The notes: generated by a model not told the origin, from the sequence alone. A stretch of DNA of 64,000 nt from the human T2T-CHM13v2.0 reference genome, Homo sapiens (GCF_009914755.1 NC_060929.1), one strand, 5' to 3'; shown: positions 30,075 through 46,800, counted from the stretch's first letter. Numbers and translations: made by a program.

Positions 30075-30600
30075 TGTCGAGGTTCCCCACAACTACCCCC
30101 AGCTTCAGGGATTCACTAGGAGGCCTTCCAGGACAAAGACTTATTGAGATTTAATACAGCAAAGTGATACAAAGCAAAATCAGCAACGGGAAAAGACACA
30201 TGGGACAAAATCTAGAGGAAACAAAACACAAGCTTCCAAGAGTCCTCTCCCACTGGAGCCAAACAGGACGTGCTTAATTCCGCCAGCAACAAGTTGTAAC
30301 CACACGTTAGCAGTCTACCAGGGGAGCTCATTAGAGACTCAGTACCCAAGGCTTTTATTGGAGGCTGTTTCCACAGACAGCCCCTGCCTAGCACATGCCA
30401 AAGTTCCAGATACCCAAAAGGAAAACAAGCGTTCACCATAAAACACATTGTTTCTAGCAGACGGTTTAGGTACAGCTCGCCACCCTTATCAGTTAGGGAA
30501 AGAGCCCTCCCGAAATCCAAGTTCCCAAACACCAGCCAAGGGTTAACCATGCAAGCAGGTCTTTCTAAGGAGGGTAGTCAGGCCTGTTATGTTCATCCTC
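30075..30600. mobile_element. MER21-type LTR fragment
   Basis: gatacaaagcaaaatcagcaa...aagcttccaagagtcctctccca signature. Confidence 0.7.
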
Positions 30601-30992
30601 TGCAGCTTATTTGACTTATGAAGTCAAATAAGGGTGAAGGGGTCAGAGAGGCTTTCTCAATGTATGCTGACAATCAGTTAAATTCATAGAATAGGCAAGG
30701 CAAACACATAGCAAATATTGCCATTCCCTCATTTTGTGGCAATGGAAGAACCATCACCAATCCATCACAGCATTGCTGTCCACTGGGTCCAGACACAACC
30801 TCAGAGTCCTTTTTAACACAGTACTGCAGCACCCAGGCCCAATCTGTCAAGACAGACTTATAAGTTGAACAATATCTGCCACCTTGTGAGAGGTTATAAG
30901 ACAAAGATAATAAGAACTTAATACTCGTAGACTTTTTTGTGTCTCAACATTGCTTCTTAATAATCATTACATTTGTGTTTCATTTGTTTAAG

Positions 30993-31126
30993 TGAGAACA
31001 ATCCCTGTATAAAGCATTATCACATCAAGGAAACAAATGACAATCCTAAGCGATACTATGTGGCTGAAAAGTATGTGTTCGATTCCATCCCTCTTCTCAT
31101 CAACTATCACCAACATAATGGAGGAG
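30993..31126 (+). CDS. ITK: ITK exon 10 (SH2, CD-loop proline), 134 nt
   Basis: tttaag|TGAGAAC...GGAG|gtaagc; ENNPCIKHYHIKETNDNPKRYYVAEKYVFDSIPLLINYHQHNGG(G); uses the less common AAG acceptor. Confidence 0.97.
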
Positions 31127-31139
31127 GTAAGCTCTAGAG

Positions 31140-31429
31140 CAGGGGTGGACCCGGGCCGCCCAGCAGGAGGTGAGCAGCAGGTGAGCAAGCATTACTGCCT
31201 GAGCTCTGCCTTCTGTCAGATCAGCGTCATTAGATTCTCATAAGAGTGCAAGCCCTATTGTGAACAGCACTTGTGGGATCTAGGTTGTGTGCTCCTTATA
31301 AGAATCAAATGCCTGATGATCTGAGATGGAACAGTTTCATCCTGAAAGCAACCCCCTGCCACATCCATCCATGGATAAACTGTCTTCCACAAAGCCGATC
31401 CCTGGTGCCAAAAAGGTTGGGGACTGCTG
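31140..31429 (+). mobile_element. MER1B hAT-Charlie MITE
   Basis: cagggg start, ...aaaaaggttggggactgctg end, perfect 8-bp TSD CTCTAGAG (31132-31139, 31430-31437). Confidence 0.9.
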
Positions 31430-31457
31430 CTCTAGAGGACAAAGCCAGAGGGCACCT

Positions 31458-32223
<766 letters not shown>

Positions 32224-32577
32224 GCACCCACACAGGAGACTTAACGAAAACTGGCAAAAGCTCGCCCTGGCTTCTTTTTGACTATAAATAATAAATAAAT
32301 ATACAAATAGAAAAATATGACAAATATTTAATTATATTATATATCTTCTATTAGCAAGCTATCTTGTGGAAATAATGGAATTTTACCACCTGCCCATCTG
32401 TGCTTATGATGTTTTCAAGGAGGATATGATATCAATAATTAGGCTTTGGGATTTGTTTTCCAGAATAAAATTAGCTTTTGCGTCTGATGATGATTATTAT
32501 TTTTTTTAGTGATTTAAGTTAGATGGTTGCTAGAGCAAAGCCCTAACCACTGCTTCTTGGCTTTTCAATCAACCCAG

Positions 32578-32652
32578 GCCTGGTGACTCGACTCCGGTAT
32601 CCAGTTTGTTTTGGGAGGCAGAAAGCCCCAGTTACAGCAGGGCTGAGATACG
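32578..32652 (+). CDS. ITK: ITK exon 11 (SH2 end and SH2-kinase linker), 75 nt
   Basis: acccag|GCCTG...TACG|gtgagc; LVTRLRYPVCFGRQKAPVTAGLRY(G); phase 1-1. Confidence 0.97.
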
Positions 32653-33415
32653 GTGAGCAGTACAATCAGGAATGTAAACTCATGTCCCTAAAGGTCTGGG
32701 GCAAATTCTGAATAAACTGGCCATGAGCCTACCTGTTCCTCAGACTACAAATCACCATTAAAACAAGTGTATTATATATCTAGAGATGATGGCACTAATG
32801 AATATTTACATTGTGTGTAAGAGAAGTACATATACAAGCACATTTCTCTAGGTCAAACCAGTGGCCATTGGTTTTAGTGAAGAGTTCATTAATGAAGTGT
32901 TTATTAAGCACCTACTTTGTACAGAGCACCCTACTAAATGCTATTAGAAAAATATTAGAAAACCATGCCTTAGCACTGTGTTTCCACCTATCTTCTAGAA
33001 CTTTTATATCATCTAGTTGGTTGAGTAGCAGACTATTGCCAGAACTGCAAGTTGAGAGCATCTAGAAGTGTTTCTCTGCATAAGAGAGTGTTAAAATTCT
33101 TTGGAATACCTTTAGGCGTGGCATGATCTCCAGTGCTGCAGCCCCTACTATGTTTTCTTGCCCTACGGAATTGCTTCACTCACTTGGGATTACCTGCCTG
33201 GACTCTGAAGGCATTTGGCTTTGCATCCCTTGGTCCCAACTGTGTGCTGCCTGTGGAGAAGGCTGGTCTAATTTTCATTTCTTATCTCCTAGCTTGGTGG
33301 TTCTCAAATTTCAGTGTGCATCAAAGTCTTCTAGAATGCTTATTAAAAATGTTGACTCCTGGCTCCTATCCAAACACTCACCAAAACACAATCCTTGATA
33401 GGGTCCTGGAGTCTA

Positions 33416-33690
33416 CTTTTTTTTCTGGCATGATCTCCCTCTGTCACCCAGGCTGGAGATGCAGTGGCGTAATCATGGCTCACTGCTGCCTTGACCTCCT
33501 GGGCTCAAGCGATCCTCCCACCTCAGCCTCCCAAGTAGCTACTATGCCTGGCTAATTTTTAAAAATTTTTTGTAGAGACAGGGTCTCACTATGTTGCCCT
33601 GGCTGGTCTTAAACTCCTGGGCTCAGGCAATCCTCCTGCCTCAGCCTCCCAAAGTGTTGGGATTACAGGCATGAGCCACTGTGCCCAGCT
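33416..33690 (-). mobile_element. AluJ-type inserted in a MER5 element
   Basis: TSD gagtctac on both sides. Confidence 0.88.
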
Positions 33691-34475
33691 GAGTCTACAT
33701 TTTAAACAAGCATGCTAGGTGATTTTGATACAAGTGGTCAGAGGGCAATACTTTGAGAACCACTGCCACGCATGGGCTTCTTTATCCCTAACCAGCACCG
33801 TGTCCGGCACACAGTAGGTGCTCAATACTGCCTGCTGTTGAGTCTCTGCCTCAAAGCAGTGGAAATCTGGCTGTTTAGGTACCAGACCAAGCACTGGGGA
33901 AAGAGTGCCTCTTTAGCCTCCTTATGAAAATAAGGGTATTCTAATAAATGTAGAATCTTGATGTGTCCATGCTGGATGGGATTTCAGATATTACCTGGTC
34001 AGCCTACTCATTTTGTTGGTGAGGAAATTGAGCCTCGGAATCTCGTATTTGTTTGTTAAACATTTCTTGAGAGCCTCCCATGTGCCAGACACTGTGCTAG
34101 CTTGTGCCTCTGCACAAATTCTCTTTAAATCTTTCTCTTTAACTGCCCCTCTGCCCCAGTAAGGCCTAATAGGGTTATGTGTATATAGCAGGTGCTCTTA
34201 ATAGATGAATGAATGAAAGAATGATCAGCTCAATGAAATTTACTTAGTGTGAAAAATGACATAGAAAAATGGGACATTGCAAGAACCCTTTCTTTAATAT
34301 TTTGATTAATATGGTTTCTTTAATATCTTCATTAATGCCACTCTCCTTCTTTCCATGTTACCTTCCCACACATATTTTCATAGTTTTCTAGCATATCCTA
34401 TGTTATTATGTGGGAAAAAGATAATTTATTTGCCATCTTTGAATTATATTAACAATAGGCTAAAATTCTAGTTAG

Positions 34476-34727
<252 letters not shown>

Positions 34728-35193
34728 TGAGTGCTCAGAACAAGGATATGCAGAAACTCTGGGGGGAACATCGGTTCAGTGTTCTTGAAATGCCATTCAA
34801 ACGCCAGGGGGTACTATCTCCCTGCGCAAACTCCCAGCAGTGGCTTCCTATTGCACAGAGAATACAATCAAACTCTTCACAGTGGTCTCCAAGGCCCACC
34901 ATAATCTGATCATGCCCACCTCCCCCTTCTCAGCTCCTACCCATCTCTCCTCCAGTCCATGACATGCCAGCCACACTGGCCTCTGCTCATCTTCACACAC
35001 ACAGCTGACTCCTTGCCATTTTTCAGGTCTCAGCTCCAATGACATGTTTTTGTTTTGGGGAGGGAATGAATATTATTTTCATCCAAACCATAAATTAGAC
35101 AAAATGACCATTGGCTATTTTGGTACCATAATATTTTCGGCATTTTTGGGAGACTGAGTTTAGGCCATCTCACCCCTTGTCTTTTTCCTCCAG

Positions 35194-35410
35194 GAAACTC
35201 TCTCATCCCAAACTGGTGCAGCTGTATGGGGTGTGCCTGGAGCAGGCCCCCATCTGCCTGGTGTTTGAGTTCATGGAGCACGGCTGCCTGTCAGATTATC
35301 TACGCACCCAGCGGGGACTTTTTGCTGCAGAGACCCTGCTGGGCATGTGTCTGGATGTGTGTGAGGGCATGGCCTACCTGGAAGAGGCATGTGTCATCCA
35401 CAGAGACTTG
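35194..35410 (+). CDS. ITK: ITK exon 13 (kinase hinge to HRD), 217 nt
   Basis: ctccag|GAAACTC...GACTTG|gtatga; [35 protein letters not shown]...VIHRDL; Phe gatekeeper and the front-pocket Cys (HGC) are present. Confidence 0.98.
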
Positions 35411-35876
35411 GTATGAGCATGCAGGGTGAACACCCACAGGTCCAGGGTAAAGGGACAGTTCTCACTGAAATGACTGGGAACGCATTAATAAATAATACAT
35501 TACAGATAATCTCCTTTCCTTTCTCAACTTCTCCCTTCCTTCACCTACTTTGGGTGGTCCTAGTGGAAAGGGCTTCATGAGGACTTACTTCTGGGCTCTG
35601 ATCCCAGCCCAAACTCTTTCACCTCCTGCATTTCAGTTTATATTCTTCCAAAATGGAGATAACTGCCACTCCTTCTTAACCTCTCTGTGACTCAATTTCC
35701 TCCTGGTAAATTGAGGAAACTGAGTTTGTCTGAAGGTATTATTCAAGGGTCTACCAGAATCACACTGGGGAAGCCCTTAAGCTACTCTCAGAATCTCTGG
35801 TGGCTGGGACTCAGGAATATTCATTTTAACACATTCCCCATATGATTTGTATGCACATTAAAATTTGAGATATGCA

Positions 35877-36191
<315 letters not shown>

Positions 36192-36653
36192 TTATCTCCA
36201 ATGGCTTTTTCAATGCAACAGTCTATAATACTAATTAGGGGTCAGGTACTCTCCCTATTGAAGAACAGTTTTAAGAGGATTAACAACATCAAAACATTCT
36301 TAATTTAGTCAACTGGGAGATGCTTTCTTCCTGTTATCCCTGATGTTAACATTTCCTATCACATCAGGTTGCATTAGAGCCTATCTTTGGTTAGACAACA
36401 CCAAGGATTTCTAATTAGAACTCAAGAATGAAGATAAACTTACTCATCTTGATAGTGGATCTTACACATTCAACTTTCCAGTTAACTTCCAGCGGCATTT
36501 GTGAGGCTTAATTAACATTTGTAAAGCTCCATGATGCCCTTGTATGACAGCACTGCAGTAAAGCAAAGGACTGTGATTATAGGAGACTCCTTAACTACTG
36601 ATGACTCATCAACAGTTTTCCTCTCCGCCTTTGTTTGCCTGTCTCCTCTCCAG

Positions 36654-36718
36654 GCTGCCAGAAATTGTTTGGTGGGAGAAAACCAAGTCATCAAGGTGTC
36701 TGACTTTGGGATGACAAG
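36654..36718 (+). CDS. ITK: ITK exon 14 (catalytic loop end, DFG), 65 nt
   Basis: ctccag|GCTGCC...ACAAG|gtaaaa; AARNCLVGENQVIKVSDFGMT(R); followed by a 90-nt intron. Confidence 0.98.
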
Positions 36719-36808
36719 GTAAAAGAGGGATGTGGTGCCGGTGAAGTCTCAGGAATGGGACTGAGGCCCCCGGAACATTCTGACCTTCTCCCTCCACTCT
36801 CTTCCCAG

Positions 36809-36927
36809 GTTCGTTCTGGATGATCAGTACACCAGTTCCACAGGCACCAAATTCCCGGTGAAGTGGGCATCCCCAGAGGTTTTCTCTTTCAGTCGCTATA
36901 GCAGCAAGTCCGATGTGTGGTCATTTG
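36809..36927 (+). CDS. ITK: ITK exon 15 (activation loop), 119 nt
   Basis: tcccag|GTTCG...TTTG|gtgagt; [39 protein letters not shown](G). Confidence 0.98.
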
Positions 36928-37289
36928 GTGAGTGTCATGCTGGGCCCCACTGCCCCATGATCTGGGCTTCAGGCCAGCTGTTTCCTTTATCAAATGCAGA
37001 CAACCCTACCCACACTGAACCCTGTATCATATCATGAGGGTGTCCCACTGGAGGGTTGTGTAAGAAAGGCCCCGAAAACTATGAAAGGGCCTTCATCATT
37101 TTGTTTGTTTTTAGAGATACTGGACATGGTGGTGGGAGTTAACTAAAAGTGGAAACAAGAGTTCTGGTGCCAGCTGCTGTGAAGTCAAAAGCTGGAGAAG
37201 TCAGGAGATTCAAATATGAGCCCCTTGAAGGCAGGGACCATGTTTTGTCCAACACTACATTTCCATACTTATCTCTCAATAAGTATTAA

Positions 37290-37830
37290 TATTTATTCAT
37301 TCATTCAACAACAATTAACTGATCATCTATTCTATGCCAAGGGCTAATCTAGGTGCTGAGGATGCAGTGGTTCATAGAACAGAAAAGACTTCTGTTCTTT
37401 TGGAACTAAATTTGAGATGGGAGGGGAGACAGAAAATCACAAAAGATCATAATAACAGTCATAAACAATAATAATAATAAACAAGCTAAGGGATAGAAGA
37501 TAAAGCCAGGCAATCATAAGTAGGTGCTATGAATAAAATAAAACAGTAATGGGGCAGAGTGACTAGGATAGAGAGAGGGTCTGCTTTGAATAGTGTGGTG
37601 TGGGAAGGCCTTTCTCAGAAGGTAATTCTTCAGCAGAGACTTGAATGATAGGAGGGAGCTGTCACCATTTGAAGAGCCAGGGAACAGTGTCCCTGACAGA
37701 GGGACCAGCAAGTGCAAAAACTTGGTGCATCCAAAGAACAAGGGGTACTGACTTATTGGGAGAACAACAGGCAATGAAGCTGGTAGGCCATCATAAGGAA
37801 TTAGAATTTCTAAAAAGTGCAAATGGCCAT
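37290..37830 (-). mobile_element. L2 3' fragment
   Basis: (ATTC)n terminus followed by ctaggtgctgaggatgcag... L2 motifs. Confidence 0.65.
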
Positions 37831-39701
37831 GAAGGGATGAATGATGTTGGTATTGCAGGATGTGCCAAATGTTCTTGCTGGATTTGCCATGTCACCTGAA
37901 GTCATAGTTTGTGCATACTAAAGTGTGCAAAAAAATATACCAGACAACCTCTTTGATTTGGATTACAAGAATTATACTGTGGACAGAAACTACTTGAAGA
38001 TTGATTTTTGCCATTCGGTATGAAGGAAGGGTTTGACAAGGGCTTACTAGTAGTAGAAACCAGGGGGGAGTTTGGCTAGGTAAATCTTTTAGGAGAAGAA
38101 TGAGTGTTAAAAATCTTCTGCAGCATTTTAGTCTATCCATCTCTAGGAGCCAAGTGGTTTGTTCATTATGAGTCCTACCTATTTCTTAAAACAGTACCCT
38201 ATTAACCAACCCTTGCAGCTACTTTGTTAACCAGGTTTAAGTTACAGAATGGACTTGAAAGAAATTGTACTAACAGCATTTTTGGATGACTCCCCTCTCC
38301 CCAGTGTGTATAACTAGGAAGGTTGGGGCTGATGTGCAGTCATCTCACTATGGGTGATGAAACTGATCACACTGCACCAAGCAAGCAAGGGCCCCACAAT
38401 GAGACATTTGGAGCAATGGCCACTTTAGCACATTCACCTTCTGACTCTGAATGGGGTTTATTCAGCCAAAGGGTGTCAGCCTGGGAATTTCCTGGGGCAT
38501 ATTACCATTACAGGGTTGGGCTGAAATTAGTCCCTGTCTAGGATATATTATCTGAAGAGAGTCCAGAAATGAGGTTGATGGATGGATGCAGAATTGAGAG
38601 ATCAATGGAAAAAAGTGTGAAAAAACTGGGGGTACCAGCCTAAGCAACAGAAACCTGGATGAGCTGAAAACTCCATGCCTGCATCAGCCCATTGGACTTT
38701 GTCCTACGTTTTAAGTTTCTTTGCCCTAATTAGCAGTGTGCTATTCAGAACAAGTCAACCTCTTTGTACTTTGCTCAATTTTTTTATCTATACATTTCTC
38801 ATCTGTGTATTAAAGCAATCATTCTGAAACCATGTTTCAGCATCGGCACATTTTCAAAAAAATTTTCACTAAAAATTATGGTGTCTTGGGGTGATAAGCA
38901 TTCTTATTTAGGGTCAGGTTCTGAATTTCCAACTCCTGAGGCACCTCTGAGTAACATCTAGAGATTCTGATCCACTGGGTTTGGGCTAGGGCCCAGGAAT
39001 CTGCCATTTGAACAAGACTCTGAGATGATTTTTATTCAGGTGTTTTGGGGATCATGCTTTGGGAATGTCTACTCTAAGATTCTCTGGAACAACCTTTGAA
39101 AAGCTCTGAATTAGCTGATTTGCAAGCAGCCTTCTTGCTCTGACAACCTGTGAATATATCAGCACATGATAAAGACAAAGCTAGGTGTCACATTTCTACC
39201 AAGGGCAGAAGAGGAAAAGAAAGGGATTAAATCAGAGGTCAAAAATAAACAAGCAAAAGATGTGTTTTGCTTGGTCTACATGGCATTTTTTAAATTCAAG
39301 AAGTTCAACTCTTAATTTTTGACGTCTTTTTTAAAAAAATCAGAAAATGTGCCAATTCTGATCCCTCATTTTCATGTGCCATACTTTGGTTGGAGTCAAA
39401 TCATAGCTGTCTCCTTAAGACAGAACTGTTTATCTCATTTTCCACAATCCTCCCCAATCCCAATAGTGTCACACCTCCTGCACTCCATTCATTTACATCC
39501 TGCATCTTGGCATTTGAGTCTACAACTCTTAGTTGTAGCATTTGAGTTTGGTACAACAAAGGGTCCATCTTGAAAATCCTTCTCCACTACAAAGGTTGGG
39601 AAATTTCAGTTCTTTAAAAATAGGACAGGCCTAATAAGCCTCAGGTAGACTTGATGCACTTCTGGAGGTAGCACATGAATCCTAATGCAAGGAGTCTGTA
39701 A

Positions 39702-39998
<297 letters not shown>

Positions 39999-40859
39999 TA
40001 GAGAAAGGAACCCTCTCAGAAGGATGAGGCAGGAGGGATAACTAATATAGATTAGCAACAACATGACTTTGAGGATCTGTTAACGGGATAGATCCCCCAT
40101 CCCTAAAGGAGCTGAAGGCGACCTTAAATATTATTTGGTTTGCTACATAATGTCACAAGCTATAAGCATAGCTTCAGAGAGGAGGATGGGGTGTGGCCTA
40201 TGCCAGCTTCCTTCTCGATTTTCTGAGAAGAGAAAAAAAGTCTGTAACATCATAAAACCATTAAAAGCACAGGAAGTTAGTTCTATAACTTGGGGAACAA
40301 AGTTCACTTGCACTATGAAAATATTAAAATGGCTTAATTTGAGTTCATTTTATTCATTCTGCATTTAAAATGGGGAGCCAATTCCTCTGTACCCGCCCAG
40401 GTGGCTCATTTACCCCAACCTTGGATTGCAGGCCATGGCTTGAGCCCCATCACTATGAGTCTTAGTCTTTGCTGTCTTTGCTGAGTTAGAAAATCATACA
40501 TTTCAGCCAAAGTGGAAAGTTGCTGAAACAGAGAATTAATAAAAATTCTGATCATTGTACGACAACAAGGTGGAATACAAAAAATTTGGAACACTAGGAT
40601 TTTGTCTCAGCTTTACCATTTATTTGCCATTAATCTTTGACAATTCTCTGAACTTCCTTTTTCTTACTGTTAAGAGAATTAAATAATGCTTGGTCTGTGA
40701 GTTCATAGAGCTTTTATAATCAGAAACAAAGAAACAATAGAGACATAAAGGAGGGCATAAAACAAATCTTATCCACTTCATAAGGATTAGCTACAATAAT
40801 AATAATGATGGCTGACATTCAGTTGGCACTTTTTCCCTCTTTTAACCATCATTTATTGA

Positions 40860-43175
<2,316 letters not shown>

Positions 43176-43534
43176 TTAGCATTAATTTCTTGATATATTT
43201 TTATATGTGATTTATTGAATTCTCAAAACAATTTCATGAGGTAGATACTATTATTATCTCCATTTTACAAATGACAAAACTGAGGTTCAAAGAGGTTAAA
43301 TAACCTGCTGAATGTCACACAGCTAATTAGTGGTAAAACTGAGATTAAACACTAGTCCCTTGGATTCCAGAATACCTGCTGTTAACAACTAGGACAATGT
43401 ATATGGAATACAGTCAACATGGAAGCACATACAAAAATCCACAGGGGATGCTGCTATTAAATTCTGGTTTGTTTTGGATTTACCTATGACGCATAAGTAC
43501 AAGGAACTTACAGAGTTCTTTTTTCCCTCTCCAG

Positions 43535-43606
43535 AGACCAGAAGATCGGCCAGCCTTCTCCAGACTGCTGCGTCAACTGGCTGAAATTGCAGAATCAGGA
43601 CTTTAG
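43535..43606 (+). CDS. ITK: ITK exon 17 coding part to stop codon
   Basis: ctccag|AGACCA...CTT TAG; RPEDRPAFSRLLRQLAEIAESGL*; a second in-frame TAG follows at 43607-43609. Confidence 0.98.
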   Translation, partial: RPEDRPAFSRLLRQLAEIAESGL

Positions 43607-44864
43607 TAGAGACTGAGTACCAGGCCACGGGCTGCAGATCCTGAATGGAGGAAGGATATGTCCTCATTCCATAGAGCATTAGAAGCTGCCACCAGCCCAG
43701 GACCCTCCAGAGGCAGCCTGGCCTGTGGCATCAGTCCCTGAGTCACCATGGAAGCAGCATCCTGACCACAGCTGGCAGTCAAGCCACAGCTGGAGGGTCA
43801 GCCACCAAGCTGGGAGCTGAGCCAGAACAGGAGTGATGTCTCTGCCCTTCCTCTAGCCTCTTGTCACATGTGGTGCACAAACCTCAACCTGACAGCTTTC
43901 AGACAGCATTCTTGCACTTCTTAGCAACAGAGAGAGACATGAGTAAGACCCAGATTGCTATTTTTATTGTTATTTTTAACATGAATCTAAAGTTTATGGT
44001 TCCAGGGACTTTTTATTTGACCCAACAACACAGTATCCCAGGATATGGAGGCAAGGGGAACAAAGAGCATGAGTCTTTTTCCAAGAAAACTGGTGAGTTA
44101 AGTAAGATTAGAGTGAGTGTGCTCTGTTGCTGTGATGCTGTCAGCCACAGCTTCCTGCCGTAGAGAATGATAGAGCAGCTGCTCACACAGGAGGCCGGAT
44201 ATTCTGAGAAGCAGCTTTATGAGGTTTTACAGAGTATGCTGCTACCTCTCTCCTTGAAGGGAGCATGGCGAGACCCATTGGATGGATTGGGGTGAACAGT
44301 TCAGGTCCCATGCTTGGAGCATTGGGTATCTGATGTCTGCACCAGAACAAGAGAACCTCTGACGGTGGAGAACCATGTGGTGCAAGAAGAGATCTTAGGT
44401 CTCTTCTTTTATACCAAGCTCATCTTTTATACCAAGCTGTGCAGGTGACTATGCCTCCTCTTCTGCACAGAATGCTTCCACCAGCATCCTGAGAAGAAAT
44501 GATTACTTCTGAAAAACATCCTTTTTTCCAGCCTCTGGGAATCAGCCCCCCCTCTCTGCACTATCCGATCCTCATCAACAGAGGGCAGCATTGTGTTGGT
44601 CAATGTTCCCTTGGCGAGCAATTGAAACTTGTTTAGGCCCTAGGGTTGAGCAATTTTAAGGTTGAGACTCCAAGTCTCCTAAAATTCTAGGAGAGAAATA
44701 AAGAGTCTGTTTTTGCTCAAACCATCAGGATGGAAACAGTCAGGCACTGACTGGGGTGCTTCCAAGAGGCATGAGAGTGCCTACTCTGGCTTGAGCACTT
44801 CTATATGCAAGGTGAATATGTACTGAGCTAGGAGACTTCCCTGCAAAATCTCTGTTCACCCTGG

Positions 44865-45002
44865 GTTCACATCCCCATGAGGTAATATTATTATTCCCAT
44901 TTTACAAATAATGTAACTGAGGCTTTAAAAAGCCAAGACATCTGCCCAAAGTGATGGAACTAGAAAGTCTAGAGCTGGTATTCTAGCCCAAATCTGTCTG
45001 AC
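44865..45002 (-). mobile_element. MIR within the ITK 3' UTR
   Basis: attattattcccattttaca...aactgaggct core. Confidence 0.7.
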
Positions 45003-46009
45003 CGCAATACACAGATTCTTTATTCCTATTCGACACTGGCTTCTACTGAAAATGAAACGGATTGCAGAGGGAATAAATACAAAGATGGAAAGCCAGTAAA
45101 GAAGTCAGTATAGAACCACTAGCGAATAGTGTTGCTCTGGCACAGACCACTGTGGTTGATGGCATGGCCCTCCAACTTGGAATAGGATTTTCCTTTTCCT
45201 ATTCTGTATCCTTACCTTGGTCATGTTAATGACTTTGGAGTTATTCAGTTAATGACCCTTTAATTCTCACAACCAACCAGTCATGTTGCTTGAAGCCATT
45301 TATAGACGAGCTTCAAAGCAACTTTAAAAGATTCTTCTGTAGAAGTATGAGTTCTTCCTTTAATTATCATTCCAACTTTCAGCTGTAGTCTTCTTGAACA
45401 CTTCATGAGGAGGGACATTCCCTGATATAAGAGAGGATGGTGTTGCAATTGGCTCTTTCTAAATCATGTGATGTTTTGACTGGCTTGAGATTCAGATGCA
45501 TAATTTTTAATTATAATTATTGTGAAGTGGAGAGCCTCAAGATAAAACTCTGTCATTCAGAAGATGATTTTACTCAGCTTATCCAAAATTATCTCTGTTT
45601 ACTTTTTAGAATTTTGTACATTATCTTTTGGGATCCTTAATTAGAGATGATTTCTGGAACATTCAGTCTAGAAAGAAAACATTGGAATTGACTGATCTCT
45701 GTGGTTTGGTTTAGAAAATTCCCCTGTGCATGGTATTACCTTTTTCAAGCTCAGATTCATCTAATCCTCAACTGTACATGTGTACATTCTTCACCTCCTG
45801 GTGCCCTATCCCGCAAAATGGGCTTCCTGCCTGGTTTTTCTCTTCTCACATTTTTTAAATGGTCCCCTGTGTTTGTAGAGAACTCCCTTATACAGAGTTT
45901 TGGTTCTAGTTTTATTTCGTAGATTTTGCATTTTGTACCTTTTGAGACTATGTATTTATATTTGGATCAGATGCATATTTATTAATGTACAGTCACTGCT
46001 AGTGTTCAA

Positions 46010-46099
46010 AATAAAAATGTTACAAATACCTGTTATCCTTTGTAGAGCACACAGAGTTAAAAGTTGAATATAGCAATATTAAAGCTGCATTTTAATAAA
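46010..46099 (+). terminator. Tandem distal polyadenylation signals AATAAA (46010-46015 and 46094-46099)
   Basis: Exact hexamers preceded by TGTA elements and followed by U/GU-containing sequence. Confidence 0.7.
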
Positions 46100-46800
46100 T
46101 ATGGTGCATAGGGCCTCGGTTCCATATTTATTTAAATCGCAAACTCTCAGAACTTTTCCTTAAGTAAAAATGGTTACATTGTTTCATTTTCCACAGACAA
46201 TTAAAGATTACATATCATTGAACAACATTCATTCAACAAGTAAATATCAAACGTTCCTATGGTTCATGCACACAGTTCAGTGTATGCATCCTCATGAAAA
46301 CAAAGATGGAAAAGTCATAGTCTTTACTTCTAAAAAATTCCTAGTCTGATTGAAAAGGAAAACATATGAAGAAATAAAATTATAATAGAACAATTAGGGC
46401 AACAACAAAAAACTGTGGTCAAAGAAGAGAAGAGCCCAGAATAAGTGATGGAATCTATCAGGGAAAGGATGACATCAAGGGAAACTTCTTAGAGCCCTGC
46501 TACTCAAAGTGTGGTCCCTGGACCAGCAGCAATAGCATCACCATGTTGTGAAAAATTCAGATTCTCAGGCTTCTTCCTCACCTACCGAGCAAGAATTGTC
46601 ATTTTAACAAGATCTGCAGGTAATCGTATACACATTAAAGTTTAAGAAGCACTGTCGCGAGGATATACTGTCTAAGCCAGTTTTGAAGATAAATTTATGA
46701 GTTATAAGGTAAGTAAGTGGGCAGAAGTAAGAGACATACTTTCCAGGTAGAGAGAGAACAGGAAGTATTGGGAAGCTATTGTCAGTTCACTATTGCTGGA

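Larger units (their letters stand above)
43607..46115 (+). other. ITK: ITK 3' UTR (~2.5 kb); end approximate
   Basis: Continues from the stop codon to the distal AATAAA hexamers at 46010 and 46094; U-rich and UGUA-containing region just upstream of them. Confidence 0.8.

Noticed and set aside
43604-43609. Tandem TAG TAG as a programmed readthrough signal
   Set aside because: A second stop prevents extension and there is no readthrough-promoting context; a simple backup stop.
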